Source of the DNA: a virus
IMG/VR virus record: IMGVR_UViG_3300035698_009139
DNA length: 64,000 bases
Direction: 5' to 3' (one strand)
Shown here: positions 30,854 through 40,130 of the stretch, piece after piece
Position numbering within the stretch: the first letter of the stretch is position 1
How the letters are laid out: each line of letters opens with the position of its first letter
Position numbers and translations under genes: made by a program
Notes under the pieces: generated by a model
The model's database searches: none
Told to the model about the DNA's origin: nothing
Seen by the model: the letters and a program-made list of their open reading frames with translations, nothing else

Positions 30854-32081
30854 TTATCCACTCGCTATGAATCAATGGCATCCAGCTTCCGTCGAAAAGG
30901 GCGTAGAGGTTTTACGAAGTGGTATGTGCACGATGGGGGAGCAGACGTGGATCTTTGAGCAAGATTTTGCGGCGTTCCATGACGTCAATCACGCAATAAT
31001 GGTCAACAGCGGCAGTAGTGCAAATCTGATTGCATTGGCCGCCCTAGTTGAATTGGATGTAATCGGGCCCGGCGATAAGATTGCCGTTCCTGCAGTCAGT
31101 TGGAGCACTACATACTTTCCGTTGCTGCAACTGGGTCTAGTGCCTTGCTTCGTTGATGTTGATGCTGTCACAATGAATGTCAATGTTGATAAGCTGGCCA
31201 ATTACTTCAATGCAAACCCGGACATCATCGCCATGTTTGCAGTCAACGTGTTGGGATGCCCGAGTGATCTGGTTGGCCTGGTTGATTTGTGCCTCGAACA
31301 CGATGTCATATTGTTTGAAGACAATTGTGAGAGTTTGGGAGCCACCTACGCTCATGGCAAGCGGGCTGGAACTGCCGGCTGGTTTGGCACATCCAGCTTT
31401 TTCTACAGCCATCACATCAGCACAATAGAGGGTGGGATGATTGTAACAAACGATGATGCAATCGCCGCAACGTGTCGGTCACTTAGAGCTCATGGCTGGT
31501 TGAGGGATTCAGATATGGACGCTATGTATGAAGCCACACAAGAGCAGTGCTTCGACCGCGATCAGTATGACGATTTCAAGTTCGCATTCACATTTGCAAC
31601 TCAAGGATACAGCGTCCGCCCGACCGATGTGTCCGCTGCGATCGGCCGAGAAGAGTTGAAGCACTTGCCTTCGTATCTGCACGCCCGAGCCGTCAACCGA
31701 GCCAAGTTCCGCAAGAAATTCGATAACCACCCAGATGTTATGATCCAGCGGAAATCCCATATGTTTGATATGCCGTCATGGTTTGGGCTTGCAATGGTGA
31801 CTAGAGGGAAGTTAACACATAGGCGGATGCGACTATATGATGAGCTGAAGAAACGGGGTATTGCCTCCCGCCCAATCATCGCAGGAGACTTTACCAGACA
31901 GCCAGTGATGAGAAGGTTGCGGCCAGACCAAGACTTCAAGATTGCACCGCATCTGTTCCTGTCATCCAGCGGCACAGATTATATTGATAAGCACGGGTTG
32001 TATGTTGGCTGCTTCAACCACATTATGGACGATGATTTATTTGAAGCAGTAGAGGATGCAATCGATGCGGCCGGAAAATAA
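30843..32081 (+). CDS. colD: GDP-4-keto-6-deoxy-D-mannose 3-dehydratase (DegT family)
   Basis: MVNSGSSANL, EDNCESLG, SSFFYSHHISTIEGG (His replaces the PLP lysine). Confidence 0.8.
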   Translation: MTVNYPLAMNQWHPASVEKGVEVLRSGMCTMGEQTWIFEQDFAAFHDVNHAIMVNSGSSANLIALAALVELDVIGPGDKIAVPAVSWSTTYFPLLQLGLVPCFVDVDAVTMNVNVDKLANYFNANPDIIAMFAVNVLGCPSDLVGLVDLCLEHDVILFEDNCESLGATYAHGKRAGTAGWFGTSSFFYSHHISTIEGGMIVTNDDAIAATCRSLRAHGWLRDSDMDAMYEATQEQCFDRDQYDDFKFAFTFATQGYSVRPTDVSAAIGREELKHLPSYLHARAVNRAKFRKKFDNHPDVMIQRKSHMFDMPSWFGLAMVTRGKLTHRRMRLYDELKKRGIASRPIIAGDFTRQPVMRRLRPDQDFKIAPHLFLSSSGTDYIDKHGLYVGCFNHIMDDDLFEAVEDAIDAAGK

Positions 32082-33030
32082 AAAGGAGTCCGTCACAGAT
32101 AATGAGAACGTTGTTGTATTGGGTACTGGCGGCCTTGTAGGAGGGGCGATCGCCAGAAAGCTTCCACACGCAACGTGGGTCAGAGGGCGCGAGGACTGTG
32201 ATTTAACTAAAGCATATGCTGTCGATGATTTAATGGTCGATCTGCAGCCAGACGTTGTGATACATGCAGCAGGCAATGTCGGTGGTATCTGGAAGAACAT
32301 TGACGACCTCGCAGGGGATATGTACTACGACAATCTAGTGATGGGCGTCAATGTTATGAGAGCCTGTGAGACGTACGATGTGGGTAAGGTGATTAACATT
32401 GGTACATCATGTATGTACCCCATCAACGCGATCCAGCCGTACAAAGAAGAAGATCTGAAACCGGGACTTCTAGAGCCTACAAACCAAGGATATGCATTAG
32501 CCAAACTCGCTGTTGCGGAAATGGCCAAAGCGATTGATGCGAAGCCCGACACAGGTAAGTATGTTACAGTGATACCTCCTAACGTATATGGGCCCGGCGA
32601 TAACTTTGATCCAGTAACGGGCCATGTAATGGCGGGGATGATCCATCGAATATGCTTGGCTAAAATGAACAAATCCGAGACAGTATCGCTGTATAATTCT
32701 GGATGGGTTCAACGAGAGTTCATCCATTGCGATGATTTAGCTGATGGGATCATCAATGTAATTGATCACTATGAAGATACTTTACCTATCAACGTCGGCC
32801 CCGGTTGGGATCATAATTTATGGAACGTTGCAATGATGATTGCGGGTGTGGTTGGTTGGCATGGACGATTCACTGATAATGATTTCAGCGGCAAGGACAC
32901 GTCGGGCGCAAAACGGAAATTGATGGACTGCACCAAGTACCAATCGATGTTTGGTGATCATATTAAAGATGCATCAATGTCTAGCCATTTGACCAGATTA
33001 ATTCTGGGGAAGGAACCATACGAACTATGA
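32056..33030 (+). CDS. GDP-L-fucose/colitose synthase (Fcl/ColC family)
   Basis: GLVGGAI, AAGNVGGI, GTSCMYP, LEPTNQGYALAK, NVYGPGDNF. Confidence 0.9.
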   Translation: MQSMRPENKKESVTDNENVVVLGTGGLVGGAIARKLPHATWVRGREDCDLTKAYAVDDLMVDLQPDVVIHAAGNVGGIWKNIDDLAGDMYYDNLVMGVNVMRACETYDVGKVINIGTSCMYPINAIQPYKEEDLKPGLLEPTNQGYALAKLAVAEMAKAIDAKPDTGKYVTVIPPNVYGPGDNFDPVTGHVMAGMIHRICLAKMNKSETVSLYNSGWVQREFIHCDDLADGIINVIDHYEDTLPINVGPGWDHNLWNVAMMIAGVVGWHGRFTDNDFSGKDTSGAKRKLMDCTKYQSMFGDHIKDASMSSHLTRLILGKEPYEL

Positions 33031-33770
33031 ACTACTATGGCGACGAGCTACCAACAGATGAATTCGTCTTCGCCGCATGTGATGGAATATATTTCCGTCA
33101 GCATGCATCAGCGTTCGCTAGAAGCGTCAGCGCAATTGGGATGCACTCACATATTCACGTAATCAGCCCGACACCAGAGGATTTCACATTGGCCTACATG
33201 TTGAAGGGAGATATCGACAACAGGCTGACGGTAACGTATAGCGATACGATCGTCGACGATCCAAATATTGCTCGAATGTATTACAGTGTAGTCAGGTTCC
33301 TATTCGTCCCGTTGATGCTGCAGCGCGGGGCGCGCAAGATCATGGTGACCGACATCGATTGTATTTTCAACCACTCATGGACTTGGCCAGCAGAAGATGC
33401 GGGATTATTCTTTAGAGAGTCTTTGCCAGGAACTATTGGGTGGGAAAAAGAAGGCACGAAAGTTGCGGCCGGCGCCGTATATTTGACGCCGAAGGCTTTA
33501 CCATTCAGTAAGCTAGTTGCGGACATGATTCAGGATGGCACCAAAGCATGGTTTGCAGATCAAGTAGCCTTACATCGTGCATACATGAAGTGCCGGGACC
33601 ACATATCATTCGCAACGATCACCAACCACTTCATGGATTGGGAGTTTAATGATGGTTCAATCATGTGGACCGGCAAAGGCAATCGCAAAGACAAAGACGC
33701 CAAGTACTTGGCGCGTAAAAAAGAATTAGACGATGTGCACGACGGCGCAGTAGAAAGGTTTTGGAAATGA
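33027..33770 (+). CDS. nucleotide-diphospho-sugar transferase-like protein
   Basis: YYSVVRF, VTDIDC (DxD), WFADQVAL, WTGKG. Confidence 0.6.
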   Translation: MNYYGDELPTDEFVFAACDGIYFRQHASAFARSVSAIGMHSHIHVISPTPEDFTLAYMLKGDIDNRLTVTYSDTIVDDPNIARMYYSVVRFLFVPLMLQRGARKIMVTDIDCIFNHSWTWPAEDAGLFFRESLPGTIGWEKEGTKVAAGAVYLTPKALPFSKLVADMIQDGTKAWFADQVALHRAYMKCRDHISFATITNHFMDWEFNDGSIMWTGKGNRKDKDAKYLARKKELDDVHDGAVERFWK

Positions 33771-34804
33771 GTAGAGATGTATTGATCCTGGCACCACGCC
33801 TCGACACGATGTTTAAAAAGGGCCCGGTTCCTAATGCCCGGGGCCCAATTCCACCCATTCGTATTCCTTGGAAGAACTTTGTTAAGAACGTTGCAGCAGT
33901 TCATACTAAGCGCGGCGACAATGTCCGTATTATCGAACTGCCTTTGTGGCAATTCTCACCATCAACGGTGATGCAATTCAAGCCAGATCTGGCATACATC
34001 CCACATAAACAGAAAGCTCAGTTTTCGTGCCCAAACATCCCGGTGCGATATTACATGCAGATGGTATTTCCTTGGATGTTTTCAGTTGATCCGAAGGGGT
34101 GGTGCGCCGGAGCTGACCATTGGCCAATTGATCCACACCCTGACCCTAAGACATCTCACTTTCTCGATTTACAGAAACGCACCTGGCGTAACGAAAGCAA
34201 ATTTGCTCAACCTGCACCAGATCCGTTAGCCAATGAGAAGTTGCCATCAGATCCGTTCTTGTTCTTTCCATGCCAGATTCCACACGACGAGACAATCAAA
34301 TACCACAGCAACGTGGAAGTGATTCAGGCGCTGCAGGCAACGATCGATTTCGGCAAGCACATAGGGATGCAGGTGGTAGTCAAAAGCCATCCGGTTAATC
34401 CTGGCTCAATGGAAGCACTGAAGGCGGTGACCAAGCAGAACGGCAACGCAATATGGGTTGATAATATTTCGATCCACGATATACTCCGCCGCTGCCATTC
34501 AGTGTTCACTGTCAACAGCGGGGTTGGGATGGAAGCTTTGCTGCACAATAAGCCAGTGTACCTATTCGGCCGCAGCGATTATCAAAGTGTGTGTTACTTC
34601 GTAGGTGAGCCCACCGTCGAATCAATCGAACGTCATTGGTTGAATAATTCGAAACTCGCTCACCTGTACCCAGGGTTCATTCACGAGTATATGGAAACAC
34701 ATTATAACACAGAGGATCCAGCAGACTTCGATAAACTGCCCGATTCACCCACAAAAGAGTTGCGGGAAATGGTACATATGCATAACAAAAGAGTTGTTGA
34801 CTGA
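33767..34804 (+). CDS. KpsS/KpsC-like capsule polysaccharide modification protein
   Basis: FFPCQIPHD, VVKSHP, VFTVNSGVGMEALLHNKPV. Confidence 0.75.
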   Translation: MSRDVLILAPRLDTMFKKGPVPNARGPIPPIRIPWKNFVKNVAAVHTKRGDNVRIIELPLWQFSPSTVMQFKPDLAYIPHKQKAQFSCPNIPVRYYMQMVFPWMFSVDPKGWCAGADHWPIDPHPDPKTSHFLDLQKRTWRNESKFAQPAPDPLANEKLPSDPFLFFPCQIPHDETIKYHSNVEVIQALQATIDFGKHIGMQVVVKSHPVNPGSMEALKAVTKQNGNAIWVDNISIHDILRRCHSVFTVNSGVGMEALLHNKPVYLFGRSDYQSVCYFVGEPTVESIERHWLNNSKLAHLYPGFIHEYMETHYNTEDPADFDKLPDSPTKELREMVHMHNKRVVD

Positions 34805-34825
34805 TATTCGACCCTGTAGTATATT
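34797..34825 (+). promoter_or_regulatory. sigma70-type early promoter
   Basis: gTTGACT-N17-TATATT. Confidence 0.65.
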
Positions 34826-34849
34826 GATGGTTCAACAAGGAGTCACCCA

Positions 34850-35107
34850 ATGTACGCAGCAGCAGCTTTTGTTCCAGATGGAACAGGTGACCCAGCCGTT
34901 TTTCTGGGGGTGTTTGATACAATGGATCTGGCCACTCAGGTGCTCACCAGTCATTTTGACGACGACCAACTGATTCTCGAAAACAACTTTGTGGCCGGTT
35001 ATGTTACCATTGGCACCGAGAGTATCAATATTCCTGGGACGGTGCATTGGGCCTGTGGCCAGGCATTTCACATCAAGCTCAACGACCGTCAACACGTAGA
35101 ATTGTAG
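34850..35107 (+). CDS. hypothetical protein
   Basis: AAGGAG RBS after promoter. Confidence 0.6.
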   Translation: MYAAAAFVPDGTGDPAVFLGVFDTMDLATQVLTSHFDDDQLILENNFVAGYVTIGTESINIPGTVHWACGQAFHIKLNDRQHVEL

Positions 35108-35117
35108 GAGTTACATT

Positions 35118-35354
35118 ATGATCAACATCCACGGCATCTTCGAAGACACCGATGGCAAGTTCTATCATTCGGACGAAGTGTATTCCGATATGTATGGGCC
35201 GTTCTTATCAGAGGCAGAAGCACATGCTGCAATGATAGTTTATGCTCGTTATCATCTCAGCGAAAGCCCTCCTCCGACCACACCCCAGCCACGTTGGGGC
35301 TGCACGCCCGAGCTGAAAGCTGATGTGCATATCGGCAAACCGGTGAAAATCTGA
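35118..35354 (+). CDS. hypothetical protein
   Basis: AGGAG RBS. Confidence 0.55.
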   Translation: MINIHGIFEDTDGKFYHSDEVYSDMYGPFLSEAEAHAAMIVYARYHLSESPPPTTPQPRWGCTPELKADVHIGKPVKI

Positions 35355-36484
35355 TGCTGCCAATTCTATACAAAAAGACCTCACATGGGGCAATCGAACA
35401 ATGGCAGATATCCGTTATCGATGAAACCGGGTTTGATGCAGGCACCATTGTGACAACATATGGCCAGTTGAATTCCGATAAGCTGCAGACGACGGCAGAT
35501 ATTGTCAGTGAGGGTAAAAACGCCGGCAAGAAAAATGAGACAACTGCCTTGCAGCAGGCCGAAAAAGAAGCGAAGTCCAAGTGGACCAAACAGAAGAAAA
35601 AGGGCTATGTTGAGTCACTTGAAGATGCTCAGTCTGGCGCCGTCGATGCAATCGTAGAGGGTGGAATCGTTCCGATGCTTGCCCACAGCTACGAAAAGCA
35701 TCCTCATAAGATTCAGTTTCCCTGCTTTGGCCAGCCGAAGTTGGATGGAATCAGATGCACGGCGATCATTGAAAATGGCAAGTGCACGCTGTGGACGCGG
35801 ACACGCAAACAGATCACCGGTGTGCCCCACATCATAGTGCAGTTGGAAGAAACGTATGCCAACACCCCGCACTTGGTATTAGACGGTGAGCTGTACAACC
35901 ATGCACTAAAGAACGAATTTGAAAAGATTGTGTCGTTCGTGCGACAGACCACTCCCAAGCATGGACATGAAATTGTCGAATACCATGTGTATGATGTGGC
36001 GAAGGATGGTATTTCATTCAAGACAAGGTTTATGAATCGAGTGGAGCCGTCTGTACAAATTCCAGTTCAGTATGTTTGGACAACGATCATCAAGAACGCC
36101 GACGATGTCAAGTCGTACCACGATGCGATGGTTGCTGAGGGCTACGAAGGTGTGATGTTGCGCAACATGGACAGCATGTACAAGCACGGCCGGTCCTACG
36201 ATCTGCAGAAGGTCAAAATGTTCCAGGATGCCGAATTCGAAATCATCGGAGTGGAAGAAGGCCGCGGCAAACTAGCTGGGCGGATCGGCGCATTTGTCTG
36301 CAAGATGGAAGACGGGCAGACGTTCAAAGCTAAAATGTCCGGAACGATGGAAAGCCTCGTGCAATATCTGGAAGACCCATCCACATGGCAAGGCAAGAAG
36401 CTGACCGTCAAATACCAAGAGCTGACCGGCAAGAACGGGGTGCCCAGGTTCCCAGTTGGTGTGGTGGTCCGCGATTATGAGTGA
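35354..36484 (+). CDS. ATP-dependent DNA ligase with WGR-like N-terminus
   Basis: QPKLDGIR, LDGELY, EGYEGVMLR, LQKVK, PRFP. Confidence 0.93.
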   Translation: MLPILYKKTSHGAIEQWQISVIDETGFDAGTIVTTYGQLNSDKLQTTADIVSEGKNAGKKNETTALQQAEKEAKSKWTKQKKKGYVESLEDAQSGAVDAIVEGGIVPMLAHSYEKHPHKIQFPCFGQPKLDGIRCTAIIENGKCTLWTRTRKQITGVPHIIVQLEETYANTPHLVLDGELYNHALKNEFEKIVSFVRQTTPKHGHEIVEYHVYDVAKDGISFKTRFMNRVEPSVQIPVQYVWTTIIKNADDVKSYHDAMVAEGYEGVMLRNMDSMYKHGRSYDLQKVKMFQDAEFEIIGVEEGRGKLAGRIGAFVCKMEDGQTFKAKMSGTMESLVQYLEDPSTWQGKKLTVKYQELTGKNGVPRFPVGVVVRDYE

Positions 36485-36630
36485 TCCAGAACTTGTTCCA
36501 GACAATCCGCCATTTGGTGGTCCAACACCATCTGACCTAGTATGTATGAGATGCGGTGACAATCGAACAGGTTGTGCATTATGTGCTGGCGAAGCGGTTC
36601 GTTTGACCCAAATAGATACGAGGTTGGAAG

Positions 36631-36858
36631 ATGAGCGGGCTCGCATCCTATACTCGTAATCCAGTACAGATCGATGAGATCAATACCGCCGGGCATATCT
36701 TTGCCGATGTTGTGTGGGAAATCAACGGTAGTAAAAGCAACGTGTATGATATACAATTGTTAGATCGTGGAATGACGTGCACATGTCCTCAGTTTGCTTT
36801 CAAAGGCAAACGGTGCAAGCACATCGACCAAGTCATTAATCTGATAACGGGAGAATAA
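36631..36858 (+). CDS. SWIM zinc-finger protein
   Basis: CTCPQF...CKHI. Confidence 0.75.
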   Translation: MSGLASYTRNPVQIDEINTAGHIFADVVWEINGSKSNVYDIQLLDRGMTCTCPQFAFKGKRCKHIDQVINLITGE

Positions 36859-36990
36859 CATGCTAGTATATGTCCATCCATTAATTGTGCTCGTGGCATT
36901 CTTGTGCCTATGTGGGGCAGCAATTATGCTGTTCTTCGGCAGCGCCCTATTTGCAGGGCATCAGCTCAGCGCAGCAATCGGTGTCGGCTG

Positions 36991-37167
36991 ATGGCCGGTT
37001 TGATCAGTAAGCTGATTGGATTTATCGCGTTTGCATCGATCATGGGAATGGTGTTTGGTGTCGATCAATCCGTGTCAATGGTAACGCAGTATCTACCAGA
37101 AAGCGTCGGCGACTGGATTCGCGCGTGGGTGGATTATCTGACGGGATCGGATGGCTTTGATGGATAA
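36991..37167 (+). CDS. small membrane protein
   Basis: Hydrophobic helix; tight overlaps with neighbours. Confidence 0.45.
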   Translation: MAGLISKLIGFIAFASIMGMVFGVDQSVSMVTQYLPESVGDWIRAWVDYLTGSDGFDG

Positions 37168-37603
37168 AGTTGAACTGGTTCCCAACAACGAATTCATTCG
37201 CTTTGATAACGTGCTGGTGAATTTGTCCAAGGTAAGGATGATTCATTACCACAAGGGTACCTTAGGAATGAAGTTGCCGGTGGTATCATGTGGATGGAAT
37301 AAAGCCTTGTATTTGCTGGTTCGAGGTAAGAAATTGCCCTGGAGGATACAAACACAACACCACCACTTCAGCTCTGTAGGTGCTGAAGAATTCATAACGA
37401 AGTTGATAGACAGGGGCAGAATCGCCCGTGGCCGACTGCTCCAATTTAACTCTACTTACAGCAAGTCTGCGCTCACGATTAAGATGTCTAGTGGATCACA
37501 TTACTACATGAGCGGTAATGGAGATGATCTAAAAGATGCCTATGAAAAATTGACGGAGGCTTTGAACATATCATATACGCATATATTCCCAAAAGAAGAA
37601 TAA
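37151..37603 (+). CDS. hypothetical protein
   Basis: 150-aa ORF in operon. Confidence 0.55.
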   Translation: MALMDKVELVPNNEFIRFDNVLVNLSKVRMIHYHKGTLGMKLPVVSCGWNKALYLLVRGKKLPWRIQTQHHHFSSVGAEEFITKLIDRGRIARGRLLQFNSTYSKSALTIKMSSGSHYYMSGNGDDLKDAYEKLTEALNISYTHIFPKEE

Positions 37604-37649
37604 TACCCTTCACGACACATAAATACCGGGACAATATAAGGGAGATATC

Positions 37650-37922
37650 GTGGAGCAGCATCTGACGTCAGAGCAGTGGAAAGAACTCGACCCTCAAATG
37701 TACGAAAAGATGGTCCTAGAAATAGAATCAGGCTGGGCGTTGATGTTTCCGGATAAAGACTACAACAAATGCAAGATATGGGACGTCGTAGTGTTCCCAG
37801 TAACGGTGGAGCAGGATGGGTTCGCGGTTGCGATTGCTACCGGGATCCACGTATGGTTCGAAGACGAGCATATGCAGCCATTCTTCGTACCGTTGGTCCC
37901 ACCCGTATATGATATGATCTAG
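37650..37922 (+). CDS. hypothetical protein
   Basis: CATAAATA at 37618; GGGAG RBS. Confidence 0.55.
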   Translation: MEQHLTSEQWKELDPQMYEKMVLEIESGWALMFPDKDYNKCKIWDVVVFPVTVEQDGFAVAIATGIHVWFEDEHMQPFFVPLVPPVYDMI

Positions 37923-37938
37923 TGTGCTAAAGTAACTG

Positions 37939-38064
37939 TTGTCTGGTAACCCATCTTGCTGTATATTATACAAACTGGTGAGGCGATAGAAAAGACGCCA
38001 GAGAGCAAAAAAGTTGAGAAATCTGAAATTAAATGTTGTCTTAGGATGATAAATAACGTAAGAT
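37939..38064 (+). promoter_or_regulatory. tandem sigma70-type promoters driving the RNA island
   Basis: gTTGTCT-N17-TATATT (37939-37967) and gTTGTCT-N17-TAAGAT (38036-38064). Confidence 0.65.
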
Positions 38065-38380
38065 AGTTAAAGTCAAGGAATGAAACATTGGAGACAATGA
38101 TTAGAAATATTTGGAGCAAGATAGCTCTCAGCGAGAAAGATCACGGGTTTAATCCGTCGACTACTCGCCAGCAAGATGAATACAAAGGATAGCTACGCAC
38201 GAAGATAATTCGTTTGTAGCTCTCCAAGAGAAATCTTCGGAGAGTTTTTTAATACTAACGTGATAGCGGAACGAGGCTGCGACCATCACGATAAGCACTA
38301 GGTCAAACGGGCGGCGACAAGGATGAAACCGGCGGGTGTTAACGTCGAGAGTAAAATCTGTCTGATTGTTGAATAATTAT

Positions 38381-38466
38381 TTCAACGTTGTAAGTGCTGT
38401 TCTAATAGGTAAGATACCGGGATACCGGTGATGGGGGTTCGATTCCCCCGGCGATGAAACGTTGAG
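38381..38466 (+). ncRNA. anticodon-less tRNA-like RNA
   Basis: D arm, CCGG-GATA-CCGG in place of the anticodon arm, GGGGG-TTCGATT-CCCCC T arm, TCAACGTT/AACGTTGA outer stem. Confidence 0.6.
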
Positions 38467-38698
38467 ATTGGGTGCCCTGAACCCCCAGCCCAAGAGCTGG
38501 TGACTGCACAACTCGCAGCCTAATAAATGCAGGGACAATTCAAAAGCGGCGGCCCCACCGGCCGGCGCTTACGTTCGGAGAGCATGACTGCCTGCGTGGA
38601 GCTATAAATGGCTACGAAGCGGGGCGGTGCAAGTAGGGTTGCGATTAATAACTTGTATCAGTTGCTTAACCCCCCGGCTGATATTCTCCGAAACAAAT

Positions 38699-38772
38699 GC
38701 GAGTATGGCAGAATGGCTATGCGCTTGCCTTCCAAGCAAGACACCCCGGTTCGATTCCGGGTACCCGCTCCA
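38699..38772 (+). tRNA. tRNA-Gly(TCC)
   Basis: Cloverleaf with encoded CCA. Confidence 0.9.
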
Positions 38773-38840
38773 AGTTTGACCATCTGTATTCAGCCAGGTG
38801 AAAAGGCGTTTGGGACAACGCTGCTGTGTCAATTAAATTG

Positions 38841-38915
38841 CGCGGGGAGAGCTGCTGTGCTCCGCCCAGGCTCATACCCTGAGGCTTCTAGGTTCAATTC
38901 CTGGCTCCGCAACCA
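38841..38915 (+). tRNA. tRNA-fMet(CAT)
   Basis: C1:A72 mismatch, CAT loop, CCA; atypical D loop. Confidence 0.75.
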
Positions 38916-38929
38916 ACAAAAGGTGATAT

Positions 38930-39208
38930 ATGACAGTGCATTATGTGAAATCGTGGTCGTATCTATATGCGGCCGCCGTGGCTGGTGTCAAGACACATGA
39001 CATCAGAGACAGAACCGAACGGGATTATAAAGTCGGCGACACTTTGGTGTTGCAGGAGTTTGATCAATCCACCGGCCGGTACTCCGGCCGGGAACAACGA
39101 TTCGAAATCACATACATTACTGATCGCGACGTACCATGTGCACTATCCAGTGCGGTGCTGGCGCGGGACTATTGTATCCTAAGTATTACCCTTTTAGGAG
39201 AGGGATAG
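38930..39208 (+). CDS. ASCH/DUF3850 domain protein
   Basis: HYVKSW, GVKTHDIR, RDYKVGDTLVLQEF, ITYI. Confidence 0.8.
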   Translation: MTVHYVKSWSYLYAAAVAGVKTHDIRDRTERDYKVGDTLVLQEFDQSTGRYSGREQRFEITYITDRDVPCALSSAVLARDYCILSITLLGEG

Positions 39209-39250
39209 AGGCAAGTTGGCGGGAATGAACTTTAAACCGCACATTATTAA

Positions 39251-39321
39251 CGCGTTTTAGTCTAAGTTAGGGCAGCACCTGTACGGGTGCAGGTGCAGTA
39301 TCGAATCTGCGAACGCGGCCA
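39251..39321 (+). ncRNA. non-canonical tRNA-like RNA A (6-nt anticodon loop, TATCGAAT T loop)
   Basis: CGCGTTT/GAACGCG acceptor plus GCCA. Confidence 0.65.
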
Positions 39322-39475
39322 AAGGTTGGCGAGGTGAATGCGCCCATGATCTATATCACACCAGGGATCCTTAATGTGATGTTCGCCATGGTCTACGTAA
39401 GTGGAGGCATGTTTCACCGCTCCTGGGTTCGATCGCCAGGAGAGCAGGTTCGACTCCTGTCGCCCGCATTATTAT

Positions 39476-39547
39476 GCGAGTATCGTCTAAGTTAGGACGG
39501 CGTCCCTTTGAGGGCGTTATGGAGTATCGAATCTTCTACTCGCACCA
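39476..39547 (+). ncRNA. non-canonical tRNA-like RNA B (same class as 39251)
   Basis: GCGAGTA/TACTCGC acceptor plus ACCA; D and T loops identical to RNA A. Confidence 0.65.
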
Positions 39548-39620
39548 CTTATAGTGGGGGCGCCGCCATGATATGTTTAAGCCGGCAACGGTGGTAACAC
39601 GAGGCGCATTTTCTAATTGA

Positions 39621-39708
39621 TCCTGTCGGGCTGGCTTGGTGAAGGCTACGGACTGTTAATCCGATGACACCTACGGGTGGTGAGGTTCGAATCCTCAGGC
39701 AGGAGCCA
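39621..39708 (+). tRNA. tRNA-Asn(GTT) with long variable arm
   Basis: CGGA-CTGTTAA-TCCG; CACC-TACG-GGTG variable arm; GCCA. Confidence 0.8.
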
Positions 39709-39718
39709 AATTCAACGT

Positions 39719-39792
39719 GTCGGTTTAGTTCAATGGTAGAACAGCTGCTTCCAAACCAGAAGACGTGGGTTCGATTCCTACAACCCTCGCCA
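39719..39792 (+). tRNA. tRNA-Trp(CCA), mismatched acceptor stem
   Basis: Canonical D and T arms, TTCCAAA loop, GCCA. Confidence 0.75.
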
Positions 39793-40088
39793 AAGTTTTG
39801 CGAACGCCTCCGTTGTGCGGCGTCTCATCTGGTCATGGGAAAGATGGGCGGACCAGTGCCCATTGGAACGCAAATTAAATTTGTAAGAACCACCTGCAGG
39901 TGCATCCCGGTCGAAAGCCCGGGCCCCGCAGCGACTATCGAGGTCAGGTTCTCGCAATCGATGCCGAAAACGGATAGCGTAACTACCTCTGATGAGTATA
40001 GTTGCAACTGTACAATTCAAGTACCGGGTGAATGGGACCGGGGCGGCAAACACTCATTGGCGGCTCCAAACCGCAGGCATCGAAAAGT

Positions 40089-40096
40089 TATAAATA
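40089..40096 (+). promoter_or_regulatory. T4-type late promoter
   Basis: TATAAATA. Confidence 0.65.
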
Positions 40097-40130
40097 CCTC
40101 ATGGAAAAGAAGACGTTCAAAGAGAGGTAT

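Noticed and set aside
39985-40015. Hammerhead ribozyme (CTGATGAG plus hairpin)
   Set aside because: The stem is followed by AATTC rather than GAAA, and no stem I/III with a cleavage triplet is evident
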